A stretch of DNA of 64,000 bases from an uncultured Fibrobacteria bacterium (GTDB lineage Bacteria > Fibrobacterota > Fibrobacteria > UBA11236): positions 224,001 through 288,000 of the forward strand of contig OY970309.1 in NCBI GenBank assembly GCA_963716395.1. The letters are read 5' to 3'. The notes below the pieces were generated by a model. The model saw only the letters and a program-made list of their open reading frames with translations. It had not been told where the DNA came from and did no database searches. Position 1 is the stretch's first letter. Each line of letters starts with the position of its first letter. Shown one piece after another: positions 1 through 10,113 of this stretch. The position numbers and the translations under genes were made by a program.

Positions 1-549
1 AGTGCGGAACTGGATTCTCTCCGCGGGCAAATCCAACAGCCTACGGTTGTGTTCGGCCAGGGCCACCGCCGCTGCGGAAAGATCGGCGGCAAATACCCGG
101 GCGCTCGGCTCGTGCGCCGCATAGGCAACAGCCAGGTTACCGCTGCCGGTGCAGAGGTCCAGCACCAGGAGAGAAGTCCTTTCCCGGGCCAGCATTTCCA
201 GTTTGGCCAACACGGCGCCCGCCAGAATCTCGGTTTCTTTCCGTGGAATCAGCGCCTCGGGGCCGGCCATCAATTCCAGCCCCATGAAGCTTTGTCTCCC
301 GGTGAGATGGGCCAGGGGCGTGCCGGACCGCTTGCGCGCCAACAGGTCGCGAAGCCTCTCTTCGCCCTCGGGCCCGAGTTCAGGCAAATCGAGCCGCAGA
401 GCCTCGACGGCCGAAACCGGCGTTCCGGCCGCGGCCAGCCACAGCGCGCACGCCACGGCTTCAGGGGTCTCTTCGGGCTTGTCGGGAAGCGGCTGCCAGA
501 ATTCCTGAACGGCCGCCAGCGCCGGCGCGAATGCGGAAGGAAGGGTCAC
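1..549 (-). CDS. HemK/PrmC-like class I SAM methyltransferase (runs off the left window edge)
   Basis: Not in the ORF track because it has no stop in the window. Manual translation from GTG at 549 (GTGA overlap with the ligase stop) gives ...PLAHLTGRQSFMGLELMAGPEALIPRKETE...VLDLCTGSGNLAVAYA..., which are HemK signatures. Confidence 0.85.
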   Translation of the reverse strand, partial: MTLPSAFAPALAAVQEFWQPLPDKPEETPEAVACALWLAAAGTPVSAVEALRLDLPELGPEGEERLRDLLARKRSGTPLAHLTGRQSFMGLELMAGPEALIPRKETEILAGAVLAKLEMLARERTSLLVLDLCTGSGNLAVAYAAHEPSARVFAADLSAAAVALAEHNRRLLDLPAERIQFRT

Positions 550-2105
550 GCCGGCCGCTCCCGGTTCAGATCCTGTTTGCGAATCTTGCCCGTCGCGGTC
601 TTGGGTAATTCCTGCAGGAAGACGATTTCCTTGGGCAGCAAAAAATTCTCCAGCTTGGACATGCAGATGCCCTTGATTTCCTTTTCGGTCAGCGACACCC
701 CGTCTTCCAACGCAACATAGGCCCGAATCGCTTCGCCGAGCAAGGCGTCGGGCACTCCGATCACGGCGGCTTCGCGGATGCCGGGAATTCCGTGCAGGCA
801 GTTTTCCACCTCGATAGGGCTCACCTTCTCGCCGCGGGTTTTGATGATGTCGTCGCTACGGCCCTGGAAGTACAGGCAGCCATCGGCATCCATCTTGAAA
901 TAGTCGTGCGTGCACAGAATGCGTTCGCCGGGGTAACGCCCAGGTTTCAGCATCACGGCGGTCAACTCGGGCCGGTTCCAATAGCCCATCATGACATGCG
1001 GCCCGCGCACGTGGAGAATGCCGGTTTCCCCGGGAGGCACCGGCTTTCCGTCTTCGGACAAGAGGAAAACCTCGGTGCCGGGAATGGCCTTACCCACCGA
1101 GTCGGGTTTGGCGTCGAGCAGTTCCGGTTCTAGGTAACACACGCGTTTACACTCGGTGAGCCCGTACATGCGGAAAATGAGCGCGTTGGGGAAGATTTCC
1201 CGCAGGCGGGGCACGATTTCGGGCGGCAGGGCGGCGGCGGTGTTGGTGATGCGGCGCACCGCGGGAAAGGCGAGCGGGCGGCGTGCATGCATGCCCAGCA
1301 AGGTCATGTACACGGTGGGCACCCCCGGAAACACGGTCACGTATTCGGATTGCATCCGGTTCACAACCTGGGCGGGATAGGTGAAGGAGCGTTCCAGCAC
1401 CAGCGTGGCGCCCAGACGGACGGCCATCAGGAATTGGTACAAACCGTAGTCGAATGCCAGGGGGAGTAGGTTTAGAATTTTGTCGTCGGCACCGAGCCGC
1501 AGGTATTGAATGAGGCTGCCGGTTGTGAAAGTCATGGCCTGATGCGTCATGGCCACGCCTTTGGGGTGGCCCGTGCTCCCCGAGGTATAGATGAGGGCCG
1601 CGAGGTCCAAGGGAATGACGGCGGGATTGGGTTCGGCCGGGAGCCTGCGGGAGACGGCCTGTTCAAAAGGCAAGATGGTTCCGGCGTCCGACGGCAAAGC
1701 GCCAGAACAGATGACCGATGTCACGGCCGGCGTCTTGCCGATCACCGCCAGGAACTCTTTGGAAAGGTGGCCGTCGGTGATCAAGATTTTCGCGCCGCTG
1801 TCCTTAAGGATGTATTCGAGCTTATCGGCCTTGGTTTGGGGGTTGACCACCAGGAAGGCGCCGCCCGCGAACAAGGTCCCGAAAATGGAGACCAGGCAGG
1901 GCCAGGTATTATCCAAATAGATGGCCACGCGATCACCGCGCCGGAGGCCCGAGTCGGCCAATTCCGCGGCCAGGCGCGCGGCGGAATTGCGCAGGGCACG
2001 GTAGGAATAGGATTTCCCCTCGACCACAGCCACGGTTTTGTCCGGGGTGCGTTGCACGGCGACCAGCAAACTGTCGTGCAGCAGCCTTTGATAATCGGGA
2101 TCCAT
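546..2105 (-). CDS. AMP-dependent synthetase/acyl-ACP(CoA) ligase (class I adenylate-forming)
   Basis: YTSGSTGHPKG, MYGLTE, GRSDDIIKTRGEKVSP and LPKTATGKI motifs. ATG at 2105 follows a GGA-containing RBS. Confidence 0.92.
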   Translation of the reverse strand: MDPDYQRLLHDSLLVAVQRTPDKTVAVVEGKSYSYRALRNSAARLAAELADSGLRRGDRVAIYLDNTWPCLVSIFGTLFAGGAFLVVNPQTKADKLEYILKDSGAKILITDGHLSKEFLAVIGKTPAVTSVICSGALPSDAGTILPFEQAVSRRLPAEPNPAVIPLDLAALIYTSGSTGHPKGVAMTHQAMTFTTGSLIQYLRLGADDKILNLLPLAFDYGLYQFLMAVRLGATLVLERSFTYPAQVVNRMQSEYVTVFPGVPTVYMTLLGMHARRPLAFPAVRRITNTAAALPPEIVPRLREIFPNALIFRMYGLTECKRVCYLEPELLDAKPDSVGKAIPGTEVFLLSEDGKPVPPGETGILHVRGPHVMMGYWNRPELTAVMLKPGRYPGERILCTHDYFKMDADGCLYFQGRSDDIIKTRGEKVSPIEVENCLHGIPGIREAAVIGVPDALLGEAIRAYVALEDGVSLTEKEIKGICMSKLENFLLPKEIVFLQELPKTATGKIRKQDLNRERPA

Positions 2106-2345
2106 ACTTGTTCCTGCCTGCAAAAAATGTCATTTATAATGTTTTTTGAACGCGTCGCCCAAGGGATATAAATCTCGCACGGTTGGCGGCCGTTCTGGAA
2201 TTTTAGGACGGTCGATAAACTTCTTATGCGCAGCGTCCCATTTGTAAACAAATAATCCAACAAAAAATTAACTTCCAGCAACCCAGGTGCGGCGGCGGCA
2301 AAATTCCGCAACCGATTCCCCCCGCAACCCAAGTACGAGCCAACC

Positions 2346-2612
2346 ATGCCGGAAAATGCCAACGAAGTTAAAACCAAGCTGAAAGAATTTCTCTCGAACA
2401 ATTTCCTACTCGGGAAAGACGTCTCCGAATTGAACGACAAGGATTCGTTTCTGGAAAGCGGAATCGTCGACTCCACCGGGATTCTCGAATTCGTGGGGTT
2501 CTTGCAGGATACCTGGAATATCGACGTACAGGACGATGAACTGCTGCCCGAGAATTTCGACTCCCTGGAAAATCTGACCGCCTATGTCTTGCGCAAGGTA
2601 TCTCCGGTTTAA
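2346..2612 (+). CDS. acyl carrier protein
   Basis: 88 aa and acidic, with a GIVDSTG phosphopantetheine-attachment Ser motif and ENFDSL. Confidence 0.92.
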   Translation: MPENANEVKTKLKEFLSNNFLLGKDVSELNDKDSFLESGIVDSTGILEFVGFLQDTWNIDVQDDELLPENFDSLENLTAYVLRKVSPV

Positions 2613-2627
2613 TCGCTGCCTGCAACC

Positions 2628-3620
2628 ATGCCCGTTCCCTTCTCGGCCGATCTGCTGCGTCTCGACTGCCGGTCCGAGGCCGATCGCATTGCGGAAACCA
2701 TTCGCGATTACCTGCTGTCGGTGCGACGCAAAGGCGCGGTGGTCGCGCTTTCCGGCGGTATCGACAGCTCAGTGACCCTGGCGCTGTGCGTGCAGGCCCT
2801 GGGAGCGGCACGGGTGTTCGGCCTGCACATGCCCGAGCGCGATTCTTCCGCAGACACGCTCGCGTTAAGCCGCCTTGTCTCCGATCATTTCGGCGTAGCT
2901 TCCGAAGAAGAGGATATCACACCCCTGCTTGAGGCCGCGGGATGTTACCGCCGCCGCGACGAAGCGGTCCAATCCGTCGTACCGGAATACCGCCCGGATT
3001 GGAAATGCAAAATCGTGCTTTCGGGGGGTGTGGTAACTGGCGGTCTGAACGTCTTTCACGTGGTGGCGCAGGCGCCCGACGGAACACAGGTGAAGAAACG
3101 CTTGCCGCTGGAGGCTTATTTGGGCGTGGTGGCTGCCAGTAATTTCAAACAGCGTATCCGCAAAATGCTGGAATACTATCACGCCGATCGGCTTCATTAC
3201 ATCACCACCGGAACTCCCAACCGTCTGGAGTATGATCAGGGCTTTTTCGTCAAGCAGGGCGACGGCGCTGCCGATCTCAAGCCCATCGCGCATCTGTACA
3301 AAACCCAGGTGTATGCCCTGGCGGAATTCCTGGGCGTGCCCGAGGTCATTCTCCGGCGACCGCCCACCACCGACACCTATTCCCTGCCCCAGGGACAGGA
3401 CGAATTCTATTTTGCCTTGCCCTATGCCCAGATGGATCTCTGCCTGCTGGGGAAAAATTGCGGCGACAACCCCGCCGAGGTCGCCCATGCGACCGGCCTC
3501 ACCACCGCACAGGTGGAACGGGTTTACCATGACATCGACGCCAAGCGCCGGGCCACGCGCTACCTGCATTGCCCCGCGCGCCTGGTCGAGGAGGTCGTGG
3601 AAGTGATCCCCGGGCCATGA
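2628..3620 (+). CDS. nadE: NH3-dependent NAD+ synthetase-like protein (ACP-cluster variant)
   Basis: SGGIDSS PP-loop, NFKQRIRK, GFFVKQGDG, DLKPIAHLYKTQV; carries an insertion relative to housekeeping NadE. Confidence 0.8.
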   Translation: MPVPFSADLLRLDCRSEADRIAETIRDYLLSVRRKGAVVALSGGIDSSVTLALCVQALGAARVFGLHMPERDSSADTLALSRLVSDHFGVASEEEDITPLLEAAGCYRRRDEAVQSVVPEYRPDWKCKIVLSGGVVTGGLNVFHVVAQAPDGTQVKKRLPLEAYLGVVAASNFKQRIRKMLEYYHADRLHYITTGTPNRLEYDQGFFVKQGDGAADLKPIAHLYKTQVYALAEFLGVPEVILRRPPTTDTYSLPQGQDEFYFALPYAQMDLCLLGKNCGDNPAEVAHATGLTTAQVERVYHDIDAKRRATRYLHCPARLVEEVVEVIPGP

Positions 3621-4429
3621 ATGGCGCCGCCCCTTCCTTCGATCACGAGGCCTATTGGTCTGAACGCTACCGCGTGATCGATCTGACACGCTCGGGCCAT
3701 ATCGATCTTCCCGAGGCCTACAACCGCTGGCTCTATCGCCGCAAGTGCGAATGCCTGCTGCGCGACTTGCGCCGCGTGGGTTTTCGTCCGCGCGGGGCCT
3801 CGGTGCTGGAGATCGCCACCGGTACCGGCGTGTATGTGGATGCCTGGAAGCGCCAAGGAGTGGGGCGGCTGGTGGGCATCGACTTCAGTGCGGCGGCCAC
3901 CGAGGCCTTACGCGGGCGTTTTCCCGAGTTCACCTTTCACCAACGCGACCTCGCAGAGCCGGGCTTGGCCGATGTGACCGGGAAAGGATTCGACCTCGTC
4001 ACCGCGGTGGACATGCTGTACCACATCGTCGAGAACGAGCGTTTTCCCCAGGCCTTCGCCAATTTGGCCGATACCGTCCGGCCCGGCGGACTACTCGCCA
4101 TTCACGATTATTTTTCGCGCCGCGGCGAACTCGATTTCGGCTATCTCAAGCGGCGCCCCTTCGAATCCTACGCCGCCGCCCTTGACTCGGCCGGCTTCGA
4201 TATCGTGTCGCGCACCTCCACCTTCTTCTTCTCGGTGCAGGCCGACAACATCGCCGATCCGGACTGGCGGATGCGGCTGCACACGCTTTGGAAAAAATTT
4301 ATGCTCCCGCGCATTTACCGCTCTCCGAACCTCGCCGGGGTGGTCCTCTACTGGGTTGATCGAATTTTGGGAACGTGCCTGCGCCAGGGCCCATCTTTTG
4401 AAATGCTCGTTTGCCGGAGGCGCCCATGA
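3617..4429 (+). CDS. class I SAM-dependent methyltransferase
   Basis: VLEIATGTG motif I, GIDFS, FDLV, RPGG. ATGA overlap with the nadE stop. Confidence 0.85.
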   Translation: MNGAAPSFDHEAYWSERYRVIDLTRSGHIDLPEAYNRWLYRRKCECLLRDLRRVGFRPRGASVLEIATGTGVYVDAWKRQGVGRLVGIDFSAAATEALRGRFPEFTFHQRDLAEPGLADVTGKGFDLVTAVDMLYHIVENERFPQAFANLADTVRPGGLLAIHDYFSRRGELDFGYLKRRPFESYAAALDSAGFDIVSRTSTFFFSVQADNIADPDWRMRLHTLWKKFMLPRIYRSPNLAGVVLYWVDRILGTCLRQGPSFEMLVCRRRP

Positions 4430-4508
4430 ATAAAGAGCAAAACCGGAACCGGCCCGCCGGCCAATCCGCAGCCCCGGCCGATCCCGAACGCATGAGGAGG
4501 CTTACATT

Positions 4509-5351
4509 ATGAGATCCATCATCTTTTTGTGTGCAGCCCTAGGCTTAATTTCCTGTCGCTCCGGATCGGACCACGCTTCCATGACCACCTATTCTCCCGA
4601 TTCCCAGCTGGCGGCCGACTTGAACCAGGTGACCGGCCTGCGCATCTTCTTCGGCCATCAAAGCGTCGGCGCCAATATCGTAGAAGGCTTGACCGAACTC
4701 CGCTCGCTGGCGGGCGACACCGCTTTGCACATCCTGCATGATCCCGCTCCCGCCTCCCTGCCGCCGACCTTTCTCGCCGAAGCCCGTATCGGAACGAATG
4801 ATTTTCCCCTCACCAAGCTGGCCGCCTTTCGGAAGGAGGTCGATTCCACCTACGCGGGCCGGCTGGACGTGGCCCTGGTAAAAATCTGTTTTGTCGATCT
4901 GGAACGCCGCACGGGCAATGATCCCGATTCGGTGTTTGCCGCTTACCGTAAAACCGTGCTCGATTTGGAAGCCGCCCATCCCCGCCTCACCGTCATTCCG
5001 GTCACCTGTCCCCTTACCGTGCTGAACTATGGCGCGCGCGGCCGGCTGGACAAGCTCAAAGACGCCTTACGACGCCTCCTGGGCCGTGACGACAATGCCC
5101 GCCGCGCCGTCTTCAATACGCAGGTGCGTCAGGCGTTTTCCAATCGCGTGATATTTGATCTGGCCGCGGTCGAATCCACCGCGCCCGACGGCTCACGCGC
5201 CTGCCATGGCTGGGGATGCAAGGTGGAATCTTTGGTTCCCGCCTACTCCAGCGACGGCGGCCATCTCAACGCCTTGGGTCGCAAGGTGCTCGCGCGCGCC
5301 TTCTTGCGCACCTTGGCCCAAGCGGCAACGCATCGGCGCGGCGCGCCCTGA
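4509..5351 (+). CDS. SGNH/GDSL-like lipoprotein (possible acyltransferase/esterase)
   Basis: Lipobox LGLISC, N-terminal FFGHQSVG block and C-terminal DGGHLN. Confidence 0.65.
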   Translation: MRSIIFLCAALGLISCRSGSDHASMTTYSPDSQLAADLNQVTGLRIFFGHQSVGANIVEGLTELRSLAGDTALHILHDPAPASLPPTFLAEARIGTNDFPLTKLAAFRKEVDSTYAGRLDVALVKICFVDLERRTGNDPDSVFAAYRKTVLDLEAAHPRLTVIPVTCPLTVLNYGARGRLDKLKDALRRLLGRDDNARRAVFNTQVRQAFSNRVIFDLAAVESTAPDGSRACHGWGCKVESLVPAYSSDGGHLNALGRKVLARAFLRTLAQAATHRRGAP

Positions 5352-5356
5352 GGGCA

Positions 5357-7357
5357 TCACGAAGCCGCCGGGTGCGCCCCGCGTTTCCCGACGGGGGTTG
5401 AATCGGCCTGATTGGATTCGATCTCCGTAGGAACCCAGTCCGGACTCAAGGGAAGGCCGACGATAAACGTGGTTCCCTTTCCCACCTCGGTTGCAAAGTC
5501 GATATATCCCCCGTGCTTTTCCTCGATGATCGTCCGGGCCATCGCCAGCCCCTGTCCCGTCCCGCGACCAACTTCCTTGGTCGTGAAGAAAGGCTCGAAA
5601 ATGCGATGGCGGATCGATTCCGAAATCCCCCCGCCCGTGTCCGTAATGCGCATCTCTGCGTAGCCTTGCTTGACTTCGGTCTCAACATGGATTTTTCCGA
5701 GCGGACATTCGGGGTCGCTGCCTTTGCAATCGGCAATGGCGTGGGCCGCATTGACGATCAAATTCAGAATGACTTGGTTGACTTCCGCGATCTGACAATT
5801 GACCGGAGGCAACGAGGGAGAAAGATTCAGTTCGGCCGCCGCCACCCCCTTCCAGGAATACGCGGAAATCGTCATGGCATTCTCGAGGGCGCGATTCAAA
5901 TCCGCCGGCTGCTTCTCCATCCCTCCCGGATGGGAAAACTCCTTCATGGCGTAAACGATCTTGCGGACGCGATCGACTCCGTCTGAAGCCGAGGAAACGG
6001 CTTTCAGAGCCATCTTCTGCATGAATTCGATATCGGCCGCTTCTTCCGCTTCGTCGACGCGGTGAACCAACTCGGCCTTCGCCGGGTCCTGCTTCAAGAC
6101 GTCGACGATGCCGCGGTAGTCCTGAATGAGTTTCAGCATATCCTTGAACCCATCCCCCAAGAAGGCGACATTGTCCCCGATATACTGCATGGGGGTGTTG
6201 ATTTCATGCGCGATTCCCGCCGCGAGCTGGCCGATGGCCTGAAGCTTTTCCCCCTGGAGCGCCCGAGCCTCGAGCTTCCGCTGCTGGGTCATGTCGCGGA
6301 ACGTGAGCACGACGTTTATCACATTTGCGTCTTCGCGCGCGGGCGAACTGCTGAAGTCGACGAGCAACGCGGATCCGTCGCGGCGGCGGAAGGTGCTGTT
6401 TTTGACGCGATGGATGCACCCATCCGAGAACGGCTTCAAAATGGGGCACGCGGCCGGGTCGCAGGGTCGATCGGACGGGCATTCATGCGGAACGACCTGG
6501 GAGATCGCTTTCCCCACCATTTCGTCCACGGAAACCCCGAGCATGACCCCGGCGGCCATATTCGCGAAAATAACGGTGCCCGTCTCGTTGATGCCGAGGA
6601 ATCCTTCTTCCGCCGAGTCGAGTACCAAGCGCATATCGCGGCTGCGTTGCGCCAGTTCGGCGGTTCGCTCCTGCACTTTTCTTTCCAGGTTTTCGTTGGC
6701 GGCATACAATTCCAAACTGGCGGTGAGCAATTCGCGGTCCCGAATTTCCAGGGTTTCGTTGGTCTGCAACAAACTTTCCTTCTCCTTTTCCACTTGGTTG
6801 AGCAGTTGCATATTGCCGAGCAGCATTTCCAGGTGGCGGGCCAGGTTTCCGATGTTGGCCGCATCGCCTTCATCAAAAGCGATTTGAAATTTGGCCTTCT
6901 CCCGGGTGAATCCCACGGCCATCAGAATCGGAATCGCGTCCGAGGACACCTGAATCCTGGCCCAGAGGAACCGGTGCAGTCCGATGGATTCCGCGACGTC
7001 GAGCAGGGCGGGATTCTCCGGCTCGTTGCACACGCCGAACGGCGCCGCATTCAGGAACGACAGAACTTTGCCGCTCAAGCTCCGTTCCGAACCCGGCGGA
7101 ACCAAGGGGCGAACCGTGGATCCGTCCAACTCGAAAAACACCACCGACTGCATGCGGAGCCCCGCGATCAGGGAGCGGCGAAGGCGCGCGTAAATTTCGT
7201 CGATGGGTAATTTTCTATCGATGACTTGCGGCAGCGATTGCGCCACCGCCAACCACGACTGAACGCGCTCGAAATTGGCCCGAAGGGCGAGCAATTCCCG
7301 CTCGCACCGCAATAGCGGAAGGATTTTCTCTTTGCCTTCCTCGTTAGGGGCGGTCAT
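5357..7357 (-). CDS. cytoplasmic PAS-domain sensor histidine kinase
   Basis: PAS region, H-box AHEINTP, NLIVNAAHA, DTGGG, FEPFFTTK, GTGQGL. No TM segment evident. Confidence 0.93.
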   Translation of the reverse strand: MTAPNEEGKEKILPLLRCERELLALRANFERVQSWLAVAQSLPQVIDRKLPIDEIYARLRRSLIAGLRMQSVVFFELDGSTVRPLVPPGSERSLSGKVLSFLNAAPFGVCNEPENPALLDVAESIGLHRFLWARIQVSSDAIPILMAVGFTREKAKFQIAFDEGDAANIGNLARHLEMLLGNMQLLNQVEKEKESLLQTNETLEIRDRELLTASLELYAANENLERKVQERTAELAQRSRDMRLVLDSAEEGFLGINETGTVIFANMAAGVMLGVSVDEMVGKAISQVVPHECPSDRPCDPAACPILKPFSDGCIHRVKNSTFRRRDGSALLVDFSSSPAREDANVINVVLTFRDMTQQRKLEARALQGEKLQAIGQLAAGIAHEINTPMQYIGDNVAFLGDGFKDMLKLIQDYRGIVDVLKQDPAKAELVHRVDEAEEAADIEFMQKMALKAVSSASDGVDRVRKIVYAMKEFSHPGGMEKQPADLNRALENAMTISAYSWKGVAAAELNLSPSLPPVNCQIAEVNQVILNLIVNAAHAIADCKGSDPECPLGKIHVETEVKQGYAEMRITDTGGGISESIRHRIFEPFFTTKEVGRGTGQGLAMARTIIEEKHGGYIDFATEVGKGTTFIVGLPLSPDWVPTEIESNQADSTPVGKRGAHPAAS

Positions 7358-7416
7358 TGGTTTCTGCCGGAATCCGGATTATGGGTTGCGGAGAGCGGGT
7401 CATACTCGCAGGCGCT

Positions 7417-8634
7417 TCAAGCCGCCGCCCGCATCAGCGCCAGCACCGGAAAGGTGTAATTGTGGAAGGCCGGCTCTCCGCCGCAGGGCCCGATTTCTCC
7501 CCACGCCATCATTCCCAGCCACGGGGCATGGGGTGCAATGGCGTCGCGCAGCGTTTGATGCTCCTCCAGGGTGTTGGTGGGCCCGAGAAACGGGTAGGTC
7601 CGAGCGGCACATTCGAAACCGAGCACCGACCAGGGTTGGCGCCCATGAAAATTTTGGCTCAACTCATTCGCCATGCGGGTGGTGCCTGCCAGAACCTGCT
7701 CGACGGTTCGGTGATGAAACATGACGCGGCTGCCTTCCGGAACGGCCGCCTGCAGGATCACGCCTCCGGAGTCGAAGTCGAACCCGAAGGCTCCCCGAAT
7801 TTTCCGGTTTTCCACCTCTCCCCCCGGCGCCGTGCGCGCCGAACCCCGCGGCTGTTCCACCCCCAAAGCCCAAGTTGCCATATGCCCTTGCGTAATCATT
7901 TCGCCTTGTGCGCATCCGGTGGCTTGGCGCCAGGTTTCGACCGCGGACTGGCCGTCGAGTTCGAGAATCTGATTGCCCTTGGCTTTGGTGACCGTGGTCG
8001 CGGCTCCTGTGGCCGACGTTCCGTGACAAATGCCCACCACTGGTGAGAAGGGCCCCGCCAGCGCCAAGGCCACCACGCCATGCGAGAAAACTTCCTGATC
8101 CACATACTGGAAGGTTTGCACGGGCGGGCCAAAAGGCTGACCGGCCCCCCCGCCCACCAAAGGACAGGACAATTCGAGCCGCATTCCGGCCAGTATCGCT
8201 TCGACGTCGGCGCCGCAAAGCGGATCATAAAGGACGATGACCGCCTGGGGATCGCGGGCCAGATCGCGCTTCAGTTTTTGCGCCAAGGCCCGCCCCTTTT
8301 CCCGAGAGTTTTCCTGAATCTCCCTCTCCACGGCCACGGCGGCGGTGAGTTGGTCGCCGCCAAAAGCCATGGCGCCAAGCGCGACGCCGTCTTCCGTCAG
8401 GTTCTGATTGCTGACCACCCCCTGCACGGAACATCCCAGCATCAGGACGGAGGGATCCAACCGCTGGCGCAACCCCTGCAAAACGGCGGCTTGATCGTGG
8501 TTGATGGTGGAATAAACCAAAACGGCTTTGGGTTTCCTGCCCGAAAATTCCCGCAGCAGCGAAGTTCCGGCCTCCCGACCCGCTTCCTGGGAGTCCGGCT
8601 CGACCGAAAAGAAACTCGATGCCAATAAGTCCAT
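7417..8634 (-). CDS. stand-alone FIST-domain (NosP-like) sensor protein
   Basis: GCSVQG, LVGGGAG, TKAKGNQILELDGQ, CAAR, WGEIGP, FHNYT: FIST_N/FIST_C pattern. Confidence 0.88.
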   Translation of the reverse strand: MDLLASSFFSVEPDSQEAGREAGTSLLREFSGRKPKAVLVYSTINHDQAAVLQGLRQRLDPSVLMLGCSVQGVVSNQNLTEDGVALGAMAFGGDQLTAAVAVEREIQENSREKGRALAQKLKRDLARDPQAVIVLYDPLCGADVEAILAGMRLELSCPLVGGGAGQPFGPPVQTFQYVDQEVFSHGVVALALAGPFSPVVGICHGTSATGAATTVTKAKGNQILELDGQSAVETWRQATGCAQGEMITQGHMATWALGVEQPRGSARTAPGGEVENRKIRGAFGFDFDSGGVILQAAVPEGSRVMFHHRTVEQVLAGTTRMANELSQNFHGRQPWSVLGFECAARTYPFLGPTNTLEEHQTLRDAIAPHAPWLGMMAWGEIGPCGGEPAFHNYTFPVLALMRAAA

Positions 8635-8898
8635 GGTGTAACTCCTGTCTTTGATCTTCGTATTAACGCACAGGTGACGGGCGGATCAAAAACTGGATGA
8701 TTCCCCATCCTCGCCATCGGAGTTTATCACGGGCCAGCCGGCTCGTCCACATTATTGCGGCCGCGATGTGCTTTTAGCTCGCCAGGGCCTAAAATCCCAG
8801 AGGAATTGCCGGTTGCCACGCTTCGGAAACAGCCAGGCTTTTCCCGAAACGGCTCTACACCGTGATCGGGAAAAACTGCGGTACAGACGGAGTAGGTT

Positions 8899-10110
8899 AT
8901 GAAAAGAGTCCTGTTCGTGGACGATGAGAAGGAAATTCTGGATGGACTCAGTAACGCCTTGCGTAAACACCGGCACCTCTGGGAATCGGTTTTTGCGCAA
9001 GGCGGACGGGCGGCGCTTGAGGAGATGGCGAAGGGCCGATTCGACGTCGTAGTCTCCGACATGCGCATGCCGGGAATGGACGGCGCGGCGCTGTTGAAAA
9101 TTGTCCAGGAGCGCTACCCCGCTACAGCCCGGATCATCCTTACCGGATACGCAGAAGAGGAATCGGTTGTACGATCCATGCCGGTAGCCCATCAATTCCT
9201 CGCGAAACCCTGCGATTGCAATCTCCTGCCGAAAACCATCAAAAGGGTTTGCCAATTACAAGAATTACTCCATAACGAAAGACTGAAAAACACCATGGGG
9301 AACCTGAGCAACCTTCCTTCCCCACCCAAAACCTACTGGGATCTCACCGCCACCATCGCCCAACCCAATTTCGACATGCAAACCGTGGCGGACATCATCG
9401 GCAGAGACCCCTCCCTATCCGCCAAAATTCTGCAAATCATTAATTCCCCGTTTTTCGGATTGCGAAAAACGATGAATGATATCGGCCAAGCCGTGAAATT
9501 CCTCGGTGTCGAAATGCTGCGATCGCTGGCTTTGACCGCCGACATTTTCTCGTCTGTGGACGAATCCTCTTTGCCTCCGAGTTTTTCCCTGGAGGCGTTC
9601 CGCACCAGCTCCATTCTGAGCGCCAAGATCGCGGCTAAAGTCATCGCCGATCCGGCCGAGGCCGACGAGGCGGGCATCGCGGGGCTCCTGCATGACATCG
9701 GAAAACTCATCCTGGCGATCTGCCTGCCGGAACAAACGGAAAGCCTGTTCCGCGCTTCGATAACTTTGGGAAAAACCTATAACGTGATGGAAAAAGAGCC
9801 GGATTACATCCCCCATGCCGACGCCGGAGCTTATTTGCTCGGGCTTTGGAATCTCCCCGTTTCCATCGTCGAGGCGGTGGGTTTTCACCATTGCCCCTCC
9901 AAAATCCCGGTGGAGGGGCTGCATGTCGCCGGAGCGGTGCATATCGCGGATTGGCTGGTGGACTCCGTTCTCCCCTTGGAACTGAGAACCCCGTTCGAAG
10001 TTTCCGAATTGGACGCCGAATTCATTGCGAGGTCGAACCTGAGGGAAAAATTGGAAGATTGGAAAGCCATGGTCCGGGACGAAGTTGAGCGCTGCGGAGT
10101 GGCGGTTTGA
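8899..10110 (+). CDS. response regulator, REC + HDOD domain
   Basis: VDDE...SDMRMPGMDG...KP receiver, followed by LPSPP, DPSLSAKILQIINSPFFG, GLLHDIGKL and WNLP HDOD motifs. Confidence 0.92.
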   Translation: MKRVLFVDDEKEILDGLSNALRKHRHLWESVFAQGGRAALEEMAKGRFDVVVSDMRMPGMDGAALLKIVQERYPATARIILTGYAEEESVVRSMPVAHQFLAKPCDCNLLPKTIKRVCQLQELLHNERLKNTMGNLSNLPSPPKTYWDLTATIAQPNFDMQTVADIIGRDPSLSAKILQIINSPFFGLRKTMNDIGQAVKFLGVEMLRSLALTADIFSSVDESSLPPSFSLEAFRTSSILSAKIAAKVIADPAEADEAGIAGLLHDIGKLILAICLPEQTESLFRASITLGKTYNVMEKEPDYIPHADAGAYLLGLWNLPVSIVEAVGFHHCPSKIPVEGLHVAGAVHIADWLVDSVLPLELRTPFEVSELDAEFIARSNLREKLEDWKAMVRDEVERCGVAV

Positions 10111-10113
10111 AGC

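Noticed and set aside
49-720. 223-aa plus-strand ORF at the window start
   Set aside because: Antisense shadow of the HemK-like gene and the ligase 3' end.
8656-8700. FNR box (TTGATC...GATCAA) in the FIST/response regulator intergenic region
   Set aside because: The half-sites are about 28 bp apart rather than 4.
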